Source: Desulfosoma sp. (GTDB lineage Bacteria > Desulfobacterota > Syntrophobacteria > Syntrophobacterales > DSM-9756). Taken from it: DNA of 64,000 bases. Under the pieces are notes generated by a model. The model had not been told where the DNA came from, did not search any database, and saw nothing but the letters and a program-made list of their open reading frames with translations. The DNA lies in NCBI GenBank assembly GCA_037481835.1, contig JBBFKW010000005.1:96001-160000 (forward strand), read 5' to 3'. A program made the translations under genes and the position numbers. Positions within the stretch are counted from its first letter, which is position 1. Every line of letters starts with the position of its first letter. Of the stretch, positions 28,572 to 41,801 are shown piece after piece.

Positions 28572-30991
28572 TGCGCCGTATCCTCCTCGTCCGATTCCGC
28601 CACGACCGCCACGTCCACGATTTCTTCAGAGGTGTCCAAGTCCATGAGCTTGACGCCTTGAGTGGACCGGCCCATTTCCCGGATTTCCTGGACCTTGAGG
28701 CGAATCAGACGGCCTGTGTTGGTGATGAGCAGCACCTCGTCGTCGTCCCTGACCTGGCGGAAAGCCACCACTTCCCCGTTTTTCTCGGTAATCCGAACGT
28801 TCAGGACGCCCTGCCCGCCGCGCCCTTGGACTCTGTATTCCGAAGACGCCGTTCTCTTGCCGAAGCCTTTTCGGGTCACCACGAGCATGGAAGCCCCCTC
28901 GTCGATGGTATCCATGCCCACCAAGACGCTTCCCGCCAGGTCCATGGCCTTGACGCCCCGGGCCTCCCGGCCCATGGGCCTCACGGTCTCCTCGTTGATG
29001 CGAATGCACTTGCCCGCCCGGGTCATGAAAAACAAATCCTTGGTGCCGTCGGTCATGCACGCGGCGATGAGCTCATCCCCTTCGTCAATGGCCACGGCCC
29101 GAATGCCCGTGCTTCGCGGATTGCTGAAAGCCCGAATCTCCGTCTTCTTGACGATACCATTACGCGTGGCCATGACCACGAAACCGTCTTGATCGAAGTT
29201 CCTGACCGGCATGACCGTGGCGACCCTTTCGTTTTCCTGGAGCGGCAGCAGATTGACAATGGCCTTGCCCATGGAAGCGGGGCCCACTTCCGGAATGGCG
29301 TAAACCTTGAGCCAGTAGACTCGGCCCTGCGAGGTAAAAACCAGCAGGTAGTCGTGGGTGGATGCCGTAAAAAGAGCCCGCACGAAATCCTCTTCGCGGA
29401 TGCTCATGCCTGTGCGGCCCTTGCCTCCGCGCCGTTGGCTTCGGTACGTATCCACGGGTGTTCTTTTCACGTAGCCCGCGTGAGAGATGGTCACCACCAC
29501 GTCTTTGTCGTCGATGAGATCCTCCACGGACACATCCCGGGTTTCGGAAAGAATTTCCGTCCTTCTCCCGTCGCCGTAAGTCTGGATGATTTCCTCGAGT
29601 TCCTGGTAAATGAGCTCATCGACCAAGGCCGGAGATGAGAGGATGGACCGGTATCGCTCGATGTCCTTGAGGAGCTGTTCATACTCGCTGAGGATCTTTT
29701 CCCGTTCCAGAGCCGTCAGGCGCTGCAGGCGCATGTCCAAAATGGCCTGGGCTTGGGCCTCGCTGAGCTCCAAGGACTCCATGAGCCTCTCTTTGGCCGT
29801 CGCCGGATTGGGCGCCGCCCGAATCAATGCAATCACCTCATCGAGCCGGTCCAGGGCCTTCTTGAGACCTTCCAAGATGTGGGCCCGTTTTTCCGCCTGG
29901 TTGAGTTCGTAGCGGGTGCGCCGAACCACCACGTCCCGGCGGAAATCCAAGAAGTGCTGCAACAAACCCTTGAGGGTCAGCAGTTCGGGACGGTTGTTCA
30001 CCACGGCCAACAAGGTGACCCCGAAGGTGGATTCCACGGCGGTGAACTTGTAAAGCTGGTTTTCAATGACTTGAGGGTTCTCGCCGGCTTTGAGGGACAA
30101 GACGATGCGCATGCCTTCCCGGCTGGATTCGTCGCGAATGTCTTGAATGCCCTGGATCCGTTTTTCCTTGACGAGCTCGGCGATGCGCTCCAGCAGCCTG
30201 GCCTTGTTCACTTGAAAAGGCAATTCGGTGATGAGGATCTGTCGCCGCTTGGCCGTTTCTTCGATTTCCACCCGGCCGCGCACGCGGATGAGCCCCCGGC
30301 CTGTTTCATAGGCTTCGCGAACGCCCTCCGTGCCCACGATGAACCCCCCCGTGGGAAAATCCGGCCCCGGAATGTATCGCATCAACTCCCTTGGACCGGC
30401 TTCGGGGTTTTTCAAAAGAACCTGGAGGCCTCGGCACAGTTCCGTGATGTTATGGGGTGGGATGTTGGTGGCCATACCTACGGCGATTCCGGAAGCCCCA
30501 TTGAGCAAAAGGTTGGGCACGCGGGTGGGAAGGACGGACGGTTCCTTGAGGGAGTTGTCATAGTTGGGCAGGAAATCCACGGTTTCCCTTTCGATATCTT
30601 GGAGAAACTCGTGCGCCAGCCGAGCCATGCGAATTTCCGTGTAACGCATGGCCGCCGGCGGATCGCCGTCGATGGATCCGAAGTTGCCCTGTCCGTCCAC
30701 CAGGGGATAGCGCATGGAAAAGTCCTGGGCCATGCGCACGATGGTATCGTAGACGGCCGCATCCCCGTGGGGGTGATACTTACCGATGACGTCGCCGACG
30801 ATGCGGGCCGATTTCTTGTAGGGCTTGTTGTAATCGTTCTTGAGTTCGTACATGGCGTACAGCACACGCCGATGCACGGGTTTGAGGCCGTCGCGCACAT
30901 CGGGCAGCGCCCGCCCGATAATGACGCTCATGGCATAATCGAGGTAGGACAGCTTGATCTCGTCCTCGATGTTGACCGTGGGTAAACTCAT
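28568..30991 (-). CDS. gyrA: DNA gyrase subunit A
   Basis: [15 protein letters not shown], GyrA-box QRRGGKG. Confidence 0.98.
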   Translation of the reverse strand: MSLPTVNIEDEIKLSYLDYAMSVIIGRALPDVRDGLKPVHRRVLYAMYELKNDYNKPYKKSARIVGDVIGKYHPHGDAAVYDTIVRMAQDFSMRYPLVDGQGNFGSIDGDPPAAMRYTEIRMARLAHEFLQDIERETVDFLPNYDNSLKEPSVLPTRVPNLLLNGASGIAVGMATNIPPHNITELCRGLQVLLKNPEAGPRELMRYIPGPDFPTGGFIVGTEGVREAYETGRGLIRVRGRVEIEETAKRRQILITELPFQVNKARLLERIAELVKEKRIQGIQDIRDESSREGMRIVLSLKAGENPQVIENQLYKFTAVESTFGVTLLAVVNNRPELLTLKGLLQHFLDFRRDVVVRRTRYELNQAEKRAHILEGLKKALDRLDEVIALIRAAPNPATAKERLMESLELSEAQAQAILDMRLQRLTALEREKILSEYEQLLKDIERYRSILSSPALVDELIYQELEEIIQTYGDGRRTEILSETRDVSVEDLIDDKDVVVTISHAGYVKRTPVDTYRSQRRGGKGRTGMSIREEDFVRALFTASTHDYLLVFTSQGRVYWLKVYAIPEVGPASMGKAIVNLLPLQENERVATVMPVRNFDQDGFVVMATRNGIVKKTEIRAFSNPRSTGIRAVAIDEGDELIAACMTDGTKDLFFMTRAGKCIRINEETVRPMGREARGVKAMDLAGSVLVGMDTIDEGASMLVVTRKGFGKRTASSEYRVQGRGGQGVLNVRITEKNGEVVAFRQVRDDDEVLLITNTGRLIRLKVQEIREMGRSTQGVKLMDLDTSEEIVDVAVVAESDEEDTAQ

Positions 30992-31036
30992 GGGGATCCT
31001 CTCTCAGGCCGCGCTCTTCGCCACCGGGCCGATTTT

Positions 31037-33640
<2,604 letters not shown>

Positions 33641-33712
33641 TCAAAAAGTTAAATAATACCCGAGCACCTTTCAAAAACCGGGGAAAGCGTCCCACCGAAT
33701 TTCGGGGCCCCG

Positions 33713-34825
33713 TTAGACCATCATGGGCATGATTAAAGCCAAAACGCTTGGATCCTCCGGGTCCCGGAACACTCCCCCACGGTAGCCATCCACCCATTCG
33801 AAGCGAACGGTTCGCCCGGAAAAGTTTTGGACCACATCCATGACATAGCGGATATTGAACGCAACGGCAAAGTTTTCCCCTTTATAGTCCACCGGGATTT
33901 CTTCGTACGCGGTACCGAGTTCCGCGCTTCCTGCTTCGAGCCCCAAAAGGTTTTCGGAAATCAAAAACCGCACGTGGATCGCCGAGGCATCGGTGACCAC
34001 CGCCATGCGTCGCAGCGCGGCGTAGAATTCCACACGGGGAATTTCGATCCATCCCGAGACGGCCTCAGGAAGGATCAGTTCGTACTGGGGGAAGGCTTCT
34101 TCAAGAAGGTGCACGCTGAGGTAGGTGTCCGGTGTGTGGAGGATGAGGCGGTTTTCGTGCAGGGCCCCGGCGGCCGTCTCCGCCTTTTCCAAAAGCCGGA
34201 TGATTTCCTGGACGCCCTTGCGCGGGACGACGACGCCCCGTTCGCGGCCGAAAAAGTCTTCCGAAGGAAAGGGGATTTCCTTCAGTGCCAGGCGATGCCC
34301 ATCGGAACTCACAAAACGCACCCGATCGGATGCCGTGCAATGCCAAAACATGCCGGGAATGCTCAGAGCGTCTTCCTCCTGGGGAACGGCGTACACGGTG
34401 CTTTCCAAGGCTTGACGCACTGTGGCCGTGTCCAAAACATAGGTTTGGGCCGGGTTGATGGTTTCAAAGTAGGGGAAATCCGCAGCGGGAATGGTCGCTA
34501 AAACGTAGTTGACCATGCCGGCGGTGATGCTCAAGCGACTGCTCTCCAAGAGGTCGCACTGGAGCCGGTCCTGCTTCAGTTCCTTGACTCCTTCCAGGAA
34601 TTTCCGGGCCGGGACGGTCGTTTGCCCGGGGATTTCCACCTGGGCATCGATGCTCGTGCGCAAACTGATGTCGAGATCCGTCGCCGACAATCTCAGGCGG
34701 TTGTCCGCCGTCGCCTCCAGCAGCACGTGGGAAAGGACCAGCATGGTCGTTTTCTTCTGTTCGGTCACCCCGACGACTTTCTGCAGGGCACCAACCAGGG
34801 CATCCCGGCTCACGGACCATTTCAT
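33713..34825 (-). CDS. dnaN: DNA polymerase III beta sliding clamp
   Basis: LSATDLD, VPARK, SDGHRL, VPRKG, FNIRY, C-terminal LIMPM; upstream of gyrB. Confidence 0.93.
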   Translation of the reverse strand: MKWSVSRDALVGALQKVVGVTEQKKTTMLVLSHVLLEATADNRLRLSATDLDISLRTSIDAQVEIPGQTTVPARKFLEGVKELKQDRLQCDLLESSRLSITAGMVNYVLATIPAADFPYFETINPAQTYVLDTATVRQALESTVYAVPQEEDALSIPGMFWHCTASDRVRFVSSDGHRLALKEIPFPSEDFFGRERGVVVPRKGVQEIIRLLEKAETAAGALHENRLILHTPDTYLSVHLLEEAFPQYELILPEAVSGWIEIPRVEFYAALRRMAVVTDASAIHVRFLISENLLGLEAGSAELGTAYEEIPVDYKGENFAVAFNIRYVMDVVQNFSGRTVRFEWVDGYRGGVFRDPEDPSVLALIMPMMV

Positions 34826-34893
34826 GGGGCGGATTCCTCGACGGTATGCGGTTTCTTATTCTTTTTGTCTTTCCTTCTTGAAAAGGCGTAGCA

Positions 34894-34922
34894 ACCATAA
34901 TCAAAGCCTGTTCAATTGTCAA
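34894..34922 (-). promoter_or_regulatory. Putative sigma70 promoter of dnaN
   Basis: TTGACA-N17-TATGGT on minus strand. Confidence 0.55.
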
Positions 34923-35150
34923 AACGAGACCCAAGCCGCGGCTTTGCCAAAAGAAACATTGCACATGGAATGCGTGCCGATTTTCCCCGGATCACGATGC
35001 CGCCCCCGGGTGTTTCCCAAGCCTTGAACGTTTTTGAACAGGCGGCGAACAAAGCCCCGGGCGTTTTGAACCTCCTGTGATCCCCTTGCCGACCATCCCA
35101 TCCGGAAGCCAACTCACCTGAAGCCTTGAGATTCTTTTGACCTTTTCTGC

Positions 35151-35179
35151 TTGACAACCCTCCAAAGCTTCAGTACGGT
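35151..35179 (+). promoter_or_regulatory. Putative sigma70 promoter of fhs-folD
   Basis: TTGACA-N17-TACGGT. Confidence 0.55.
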
Positions 35180-35393
35180 GTCAAATGTGAAAAATAGTTC
35201 TTATGGAAAAAACCATTCCCCATTGTCGCTCTCTTCACCGCATTGCTCGGATAGGCCGATTGCCGGAGTCGTGTCAACAGGGATGTTTCCTGTATGGCCC
35301 GAAGTGAAAGGGGGGAGACCTCGAGGCCCGAGGAGCCTGCAAGGACGAACCCGTGAGCCCAATCCATAACGTTCACCTTTGAGGAGGAGAGGT

Positions 35394-37157
35394 ATGCCGT
35401 ACGATCCGACCAAAATGGCAGATTGGCAGATTTCCGAAGAGGCCGAAAAGAACATGCCGACCCCGGACCAATGGCGGGAAAAACTCGGACTGCAAAAGGA
35501 CGAGGTCATCCCCATCGGCCGTCTGTGCCGCCTCAATTTCATGAAGATCATCGAGCGGCTCAAGGACAAACCCGACGGCAAGTACATCGAAGTCACCGCC
35601 ATCACCCCGACGCCCCTCGGCGAAGGCAAAAGCACCACCTCTTTGGGGCTTATCGAAGGCCTGGGCAAGCGCGGCAAGAACGTCGGCGGCTGCTTGCGGC
35701 AACCTTCCGGCGGACCCACCATGAACATCAAGGGGACCGCGGCCGGCGGCGGCAACGCGCTCCTCATTCCCATGACGGAATTTTCCATGGGTCTTACGGG
35801 CGACATCAACAACATCATGAACGCCCATAACCTGGCCATGGTGGCCTTGACGGCCCGGATGCAACATGAGCGGAACTACACCGACGAGCAGCTGCAGCGG
35901 CTCACCCGCATGCGCCGCTTGGACATCGACCCGACCCGCGTGGAAATGGGCTGGGTCATCGACTTTTGCGCCCAGGCGCTTCGAAACATCGTCATCGGCT
36001 TGGGCGGCCGCTTCGACGGCTACACCATGCAGTCCAAGTTCGGCATTGCCGTGAGCTCGGAAATTATGGCCATCTTGTCCATCGTGACGGACCTGGCGGA
36101 CCTTCGCGACAAGATGAGCAAGATCACGGTGGCCTTCGACAAGCGCGGCAACCCCGTGACCACGGGCGACCTGGAAGTGGCCGGCGCCATGACGGCCTTC
36201 ATGGTGGAATCCATCAACCCGACGCTGTGCAGCACGGCCGAATACCAGCCGTGTATGGTCCACGCCGGTCCCTTTGCCAACATCGCCGTGGGGCAGTCGT
36301 CCATCATCGGCGATCGGGTGGGCCTGAAGCTGTTCGACTACCACGTGACGGAAAGCGGTTTCGCGGCGGACATCGGCTTCGAAAAATTCTGGAACGTCAA
36401 GTGTCGGTTCAGCGGTCTCAAACCCCACGTTTCCGTGCTCACCACGACCATCCGCGCCCTCAAGATGCACGGCGGCGGTCCCAAGGTTGTGGCGGGGCTC
36501 CCGCTGCCTGAAGAATACACCAAGGAAAACGTGGCCCTGGTGGAAAAGGGTGTGGCCAACATGGTCCACCACATCAACACGATCCGCAAGTCCGGCATGA
36601 ACCCCGTTGTGTGCATCAACGCGTTCCATACGGACACCAAGGATGAAATCGCCGTGGTGCGCAAAGCGGCCGAAGCGGCCGGCGCGCGATGCGCCCTGTC
36701 CGAACATTGGCTCAAGGGCGGCGAAGGCGCTTTGGAACTGGCTGATGCGGTCATCGAAGCGTGCGAACAGCCCAGCGAATTCAAGTTCCTGTACCCGTTG
36801 GAAATGAAGCTGCGGGACCGCGTGGAACTCATCGCCAAGGAAGTCTACGGCGCCGACGGCGTGGCGTGGCAGCCGGAAGCGGAAGCCAAGGCCAAGATGT
36901 TGGAATCCGACCCGAAGTATGCCGACTTCGCCACCATGATGGTCAAGACCCACCTGAGCCTCACCCACGACCCGAGCCTCAAGGGTGTGCCCAAGGGCTG
37001 GATCCTGCCGATCCGCGACGTTTTGATCTACTCGGGCGCCAAGTTCCTGTGTCCGTGCGCCGGTACCATCAGTTTGATGCCCGGTACGTCGTCGGATCCC
37101 GCCTTCCGCCGGATTGACGTGGATGTCAAGACGGGCAAGGTCATGGGCCTGTTCTAA
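35394..37157 (+). CDS. fhs: Formate--tetrahydrofolate ligase
   Basis: [53 protein letters not shown]. Confidence 0.96.
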   Translation: MPYDPTKMADWQISEEAEKNMPTPDQWREKLGLQKDEVIPIGRLCRLNFMKIIERLKDKPDGKYIEVTAITPTPLGEGKSTTSLGLIEGLGKRGKNVGGCLRQPSGGPTMNIKGTAAGGGNALLIPMTEFSMGLTGDINNIMNAHNLAMVALTARMQHERNYTDEQLQRLTRMRRLDIDPTRVEMGWVIDFCAQALRNIVIGLGGRFDGYTMQSKFGIAVSSEIMAILSIVTDLADLRDKMSKITVAFDKRGNPVTTGDLEVAGAMTAFMVESINPTLCSTAEYQPCMVHAGPFANIAVGQSSIIGDRVGLKLFDYHVTESGFAADIGFEKFWNVKCRFSGLKPHVSVLTTTIRALKMHGGGPKVVAGLPLPEEYTKENVALVEKGVANMVHHINTIRKSGMNPVVCINAFHTDTKDEIAVVRKAAEAAGARCALSEHWLKGGEGALELADAVIEACEQPSEFKFLYPLEMKLRDRVELIAKEVYGADGVAWQPEAEAKAKMLESDPKYADFATMMVKTHLSLTHDPSLKGVPKGWILPIRDVLIYSGAKFLCPCAGTISLMPGTSSDPAFRRIDVDVKTGKVMGLF

Positions 37158-37171
37158 TTGGAAGTTGAATC

Positions 37172-37205
37172 ACGGCGGGGGGTGAAAACCCCCCGTTGTC
37201 CTTTT
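37172..37205 (+). terminator. Hairpin between fhs and folD
   Basis: ACGGCGGGGGGT-GAAA-ACCCCCCGTTGT followed by CCTTTT. Confidence 0.55.
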
Positions 37206-37228
37206 GGGAAGGATGAAAGGAGAGCCCC

Positions 37229-38119
37229 ATGTCGGCGAAACTCATCAAAGGAGCGGAAGTCGCCAAGCAGATCCGTGAAGAGCTGGCCGAGGAGGTCAAA
37301 CGAATCAAAGAGAAATACGGGGTGGAACCGGGCTTGGTGACCATCCTCGTGGGCGAAAACCCCGCGTCCCAAAGCTACGTGCGGGCCAAGCAAAAAGCGG
37401 CCCACGAACTGGGTTTCTACTCCGTCCAGGACAACCAGCCGGCGGACATCTCGGAAGATGCCCTCCTGGCTCTCATCGATAAGTACAACAAAGACCCGAA
37501 AATCGACGGCATCTTGGTGCAGCTGCCGTTGCCGAAGCACATCGACGAAAACAAGGTTCTCTACGCCATCGATCCGGGCAAAGACGTGGATGCGTTCCAT
37601 CCCTTCAATGTGGGCAAACTGATGATCGGTCAACCGGATTATCTGCCCTGTACGCCTGCGGGCATTCAAGAGCTGCTCATCCGTTCGGGCACGGAAACGT
37701 CCGGCGCGGAAGTCGTCGTGATCGGCCGTTCCAACATCGTGGGCAAGCCCATCGCCGTCATGATGATGCAGAAAGGCAAAGGAGCCAACGCCACGGTGAC
37801 GGTCTGCCATACGCGAACCAAGGACGTTCAATTCCACACCAAACGGGCCGACATTCTCATCGTGGCGGCCGGCGTCACGGAATACGTCAAGGGCGATTGG
37901 ATCAAGCCCGGAGCGGTGGTCATCGACGTGGGCGTGAACGAAGTGGGCCAGACGGCCGACGGCAAGAGGATCCTCAAAGGAGATGTGGCTTTCGACGAAG
38001 CCAAGGAAGTGGCGAGCGCCATCACGCCCGTTCCCGGCGGCGTCGGCCCCATGACCATCACCATGCTCATGAAGAACACGGTCCGCGCGTGCAAGGTCCA
38101 CCACAACATCAAGGACTGA
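37229..38119 (+). CDS. folD: Bifunctional methylene-THF dehydrogenase/cyclohydrolase
   Basis: GILVQLPLP, KDVDAFH, PCTPAG, GRSNIVGKP, TPVPGGVGPMT. Confidence 0.97.
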   Translation: MSAKLIKGAEVAKQIREELAEEVKRIKEKYGVEPGLVTILVGENPASQSYVRAKQKAAHELGFYSVQDNQPADISEDALLALIDKYNKDPKIDGILVQLPLPKHIDENKVLYAIDPGKDVDAFHPFNVGKLMIGQPDYLPCTPAGIQELLIRSGTETSGAEVVVIGRSNIVGKPIAVMMMQKGKGANATVTVCHTRTKDVQFHTKRADILIVAAGVTEYVKGDWIKPGAVVIDVGVNEVGQTADGKRILKGDVAFDEAKEVASAITPVPGGVGPMTITMLMKNTVRACKVHHNIKD

Positions 38120-38307
38120 TATCGATCTGCGCCTCTGCCCTTCACCCTGCCCTCTCCCCTTTGGGGGAGAGGGACGATCGGGCCGGGCTTCCCGCACCAG
38201 CCGCCTTCACAGCCGAAAGTTCTTCCCGACGAAGAAAAAGGATCATCCTTGGTGCGAAGGAATGGCGGAAAAAGGCCGTTTCACGCTGAGGGCGGCGCAT
38301 AAAATAA

Positions 38308-38347
38308 AAAGCGGCCCACGGAAGGGATTCCTTTCGTGGGCCGCTTT
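38308..38347. terminator. Bidirectional terminator between convergent folD and mvhD
   Basis: AAAGCGGCCCACGGAAGG-GATT-CCTTTCGTGGGCCGCTTT with A-tract on left. Confidence 0.75.
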
Positions 38348-38368
38348 CCTTTATGCCGAAAGTCTTGG

Positions 38369-38779
38369 CTAATCCTTGAGCGGGCTAGGGCCCAAAGCGC
38401 GGACCTTTTCCACCATGGCTTTGGCCGCATCCACGAATTCCTGCCCTTTTCCGGCCATCATGTGGAAAAGGGCGACCCGGTCGGCTTCCACACCCAGGGA
38501 GGGAAGGAGTCCCTGGACGTATTTCACCTTCTTTTGAGCCTTTTCGACGCCGTGCTTGAACTGGCAGCTGTCCGGCTGGCAGCCCGCCACGTAGACCCCG
38601 TCGGCCCCCGCTTCCAAAGCCTTCAACAGATGGAGGCTGTCCAGACGGCCCGTGCACGGCAATTGGATCACTTTCACGTTTTCGGGAAGGCTCAAACCCA
38701 TCTTCTCTGAAATCTGGGCGGCCGAAGAAGCGCAATTGGCGCAGCAGTAAGCAATGATTTGCGGTTCAAAGGTGCTCAT
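38369..38779 (-). CDS. mvhD: MvhD-like [2Fe-2S] subunit (Cys form)
   Basis: FEPQIIAYCCANC, PCTGR, GADGVYVAGC...C, LGPSP. Confidence 0.88.
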   Translation of the reverse strand: MSTFEPQIIAYCCANCASSAAQISEKMGLSLPENVKVIQLPCTGRLDSLHLLKALEAGADGVYVAGCQPDSCQFKHGVEKAQKKVKYVQGLLPSLGVEADRVALFHMMAGKGQEFVDAAKAMVEKVRALGPSPLKD

Positions 38780-38823
38780 AGGACCACTCCTTGTCTCTTG
38801 TCTCAAGAAGCCGCGGCTTCCCC

Positions 38824-41589
38824 TCAGTTCACGGCGGATCCCAGAAGGCTGCGGGCCACAACGGCGATGTGCTCATCGCTCAGCCGTCGATAGGAAATGG
38901 CCTTCCCAGGACATTCGCTGACGCACATGCCGCATCCTTGGCACAGACCGGGGTCGATGAACGCATGCCCTTGAGGGCTGTCGATGAACGGGATGTGGAA
39001 CGGGCAGGTGCGCACGCAGGTGAGGCATACCGCGCATTTGTCGGGATCCACTTCGGCCACGGCCCCGCCGACAAGCATGACGTCTTGGCGCAGAAGCCGC
39101 ATGGCTCGTCCCGCCACGGCCCAACCTTCAGCGAGGCTTTCTTCCACCGCTTTGGGCGCCAGGGCCAAGCCGGCGAAAAAGACACCTTCCGTCTCTCCGT
39201 CCACCGGCCGCATTTTTGCCGGCGATTCGGCGAAGAACCCGTCTTCGTTCAGGGAAACCTTGTAATAGGCGGCCAAGTCGGCGGCTTCGGCAGGGACGAT
39301 GGCCGTCTGCAAAGAAATGAAATCCGGCGACAAAACGAGGGGCCGGCCGAGAATGGGATCCGTCACCAGCACCTTCAATCGACCGCCTTCAACGCTCACC
39401 TGGGGTTTGGAATCTAAGTCGTAGCGGATGAAAAACACGCCCTTTTCCCGGGCTTCTTTGTAAATCCGCTCCCTTTCGCCGAAAGTGCGCACTTCCCGGT
39501 AGAGCACATAGACGTCCATATCCGGATTCAACGTCTTGAGATCGATGGCCGATCGGACCGCGAAGGTGCAGCACAGTCGGCTGCAGTAAGGCCTTTGAGG
39601 TTCCCGGCTGCCTACGCATTGGATGAACACGGCGCATTGGGCCGATTTGAAAGCTCCGGGATCGTCGATGAGCTTCTTCGTGAAATCCGACCAACGATAG
39701 ATTTCGGGGTGGGTGCCGTAAGCATATTCGTTGGGCTTGATGGAATGAGCCCCCGTGGCCAGGACGACGACCCCGTGTTCCACCTCTTTTTTCTGGCCGC
39801 CCTGGAGGACGGTGCTGATGTAATTTCCGGCGAATCCTCGGGCCCCCACGACTTCAGCCGATGTGAGAACGGAAATTTTCGGGTTCTGCGAAACCTTGTC
39901 GATCATGGCCTTGAGAAGGTCCTGGACGGACTCCCCTTTCCATGCCGACCGGACCTTATGGGCATGGCCCCCCAGCCGGTCTTTCTTTTCCACCAAGGTC
40001 ACCGGCACGCCCATGTCGGCAAAGGCGAGCGCCGCCTGCATTCCCGCCAAGCCGCCGCCCACAACCAGGGCGGATTTCTTGACCGGCACCTTGGCGTAAT
40101 TGAGCGGTTCCAGCATGCGGGCCTTGAGGACGGCCGTGCGGAAAAGGTTTTGGAGCCGCCCCATTTCCACGGGGGTGCTTCCCAAGGCGCGCAAATCCAC
40201 AAACTCGTAAAGGCTGGGGTTCAACCCCGCATCCTTCATGGCGCCTTCCACCAGTTCCTGGTGCATGATGGGCGTGCAGCTTGCATACACCAACCGATTG
40301 ACGCCGGAAGCCTTCATGCGTTCCGAAAGCCGACCGAAAGCGGCGCCGTCCTGGAGGTCCAGGCGTTCCACGAAGGTCACGCCGGGAAGGGTCTTGACAA
40401 AGGCCTCCAAGGGTTCGAGCAGGGCTTCGAACTCAGGCAGCTTGGACGGACACAGGCTCAGCACGACTCCGACGGAAGGCGCTTCCCCGCTCACATCGCG
40501 AAGCTCGGGGACAGCCCCGTTGCCGGAAACCCCCTTCATGAGTGCGGCGGCCTTACCGGCGGCCGCCGCCGCTTCCACCACACTTTGATGGACGTCCCGA
40601 GGCCCCGTGGCGCCGCCGCACACGAAAACGCCGGGAACGTTGGTTTCGCAGGGCTTGAAGGTATCCACGGCCACGTAATGATCTTCCGAAAGGGTCACGC
40701 CCAGCATTTTGGCCAGGTCTTCCAATTCCGCCGACGGACGAAGCCCCACGGACAAAACCACCAAGTCGAAGGTTTCCGATTGCTTGACCCCGTTTTCGTC
40801 CACGTATTCCAGGACCAAGTCCTCGGTCCCGGCCGCCTTTTCAATGCTGTGGATCCGGCTTCGAACGAGTCGCACACCCTTTTGCTTGGCGTCTTCAAAG
40901 TAGCGTTCATAGCCCTTGCCGTGGGTGCGCATGTCCATGAAGAAAATGGTCGTTTCCGCCTCGGGAAGCGCCTCCTTCAGCTGGACGGCTTCCTTGAGGG
41001 CATACATGCAGCACACGGACGAGCAGTAGGGGGCGTCGCACTTGTTGATTTCTCGGGATCCCACGCACTGGAGCCACGCCACTTTCTTCGGCGGCTGGCC
41101 GTCGGACGGTCGCTTGGGGATGCCCTGGAACGGCCCGACAGGTTTTTGGAGCCATTCCAGTTCAATGCTGGAGATCACATTTTCATAGGCCGCATAAGCA
41201 TAGGTGTCATAGGCCTGCGGGTTGAACGGTTCCACGCCCAAGGCAAGAATCACCGCATCGGCCTCGACGGCACTTTCCCCGGCGGGTCCCGCAATGACGG
41301 CTTGGAAAGCCCCGGCTTGGCCTGAAATGCGAGCGACGCTCGATTGGGTCCACGCACGGATGTTGGGGTGCATTTTGCAGAGCGTCGCGCGGTTTGCGGC
41401 CTTGCAGCAGCTGCACAGAGGGTAGAGCCGGTGGAGTTTGGCCACCGTCCCGCCCAGGTCGCTTTCCTTTTCCACCAGGTCCACGTGGTAGCCTTGGGCC
41501 GCCAAGTCCAGGGCGGCATTCAGCCCGGCGACACCGCCTCCAACCACCAGGACATTGCCTTTGTTCTTCTTTTCTTTTGTCTCCGTCAT
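38824..41589 (-). CDS. hdrA: Heterodisulfide reductase subunit A-like flavoprotein
   Basis: Two GGG.AG FAD motifs, QCVGSR, YCSSVCCMY, C-terminal 2x[4Fe-4S] ferredoxin. Confidence 0.88.
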   Translation of the reverse strand: MTETKEKKNKGNVLVVGGGVAGLNAALDLAAQGYHVDLVEKESDLGGTVAKLHRLYPLCSCCKAANRATLCKMHPNIRAWTQSSVARISGQAGAFQAVIAGPAGESAVEADAVILALGVEPFNPQAYDTYAYAAYENVISSIELEWLQKPVGPFQGIPKRPSDGQPPKKVAWLQCVGSREINKCDAPYCSSVCCMYALKEAVQLKEALPEAETTIFFMDMRTHGKGYERYFEDAKQKGVRLVRSRIHSIEKAAGTEDLVLEYVDENGVKQSETFDLVVLSVGLRPSAELEDLAKMLGVTLSEDHYVAVDTFKPCETNVPGVFVCGGATGPRDVHQSVVEAAAAAGKAAALMKGVSGNGAVPELRDVSGEAPSVGVVLSLCPSKLPEFEALLEPLEAFVKTLPGVTFVERLDLQDGAAFGRLSERMKASGVNRLVYASCTPIMHQELVEGAMKDAGLNPSLYEFVDLRALGSTPVEMGRLQNLFRTAVLKARMLEPLNYAKVPVKKSALVVGGGLAGMQAALAFADMGVPVTLVEKKDRLGGHAHKVRSAWKGESVQDLLKAMIDKVSQNPKISVLTSAEVVGARGFAGNYISTVLQGGQKKEVEHGVVVLATGAHSIKPNEYAYGTHPEIYRWSDFTKKLIDDPGAFKSAQCAVFIQCVGSREPQRPYCSRLCCTFAVRSAIDLKTLNPDMDVYVLYREVRTFGERERIYKEAREKGVFFIRYDLDSKPQVSVEGGRLKVLVTDPILGRPLVLSPDFISLQTAIVPAEAADLAAYYKVSLNEDGFFAESPAKMRPVDGETEGVFFAGLALAPKAVEESLAEGWAVAGRAMRLLRQDVMLVGGAVAEVDPDKCAVCLTCVRTCPFHIPFIDSPQGHAFIDPGLCQGCGMCVSECPGKAISYRRLSDEHIAVVARSLLGSAVN

Positions 41590-41769
41590 AGGATCCCCTC
41601 AACTCTTTGATGGCTCAACGGACAAAAAAGCTCCCCCACCGTGTGGCGGCAAACCCTTGCGACGCCCGTCGCCGTGCAGCGACTTTTCGAGGAAAAAGGC
41701 TCTTGTTCCGGCCCGTTGTTGAAGGTTCGGTGCTCCCTACCGCGGGTAGATGATCCACAACACACGGTT

Positions 41770-41798
41770 CTTGTATGTGAAAAAAGAGGCAACGTCAA
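41770..41798 (-). promoter_or_regulatory. Putative internal sigma70 promoter for second hdrA-mvhD
   Basis: TTGACG-N17-TACAAG on minus strand just past the stop of the large hdrA. Confidence 0.45.
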
Positions 41799-41801
41799 GT
41801 T

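Noticed and set aside
34826..35150. oriC candidate upstream of dnaN
   Set aside because: No DnaA boxes or clear unwinding element seen; explained by divergent promoters
35180..35393. Possible ZTP or THF riboswitch in the long fhs leader
   Set aside because: Could not match conserved aptamer motifs by eye; an Infernal/Rfam scan would decide
38139..38173. REP-like hairpin CCCTCTCCCC-TTT-GGGGGAGAGGG after folD
   Set aside because: Single copy in the window, so repeat status cannot be shown
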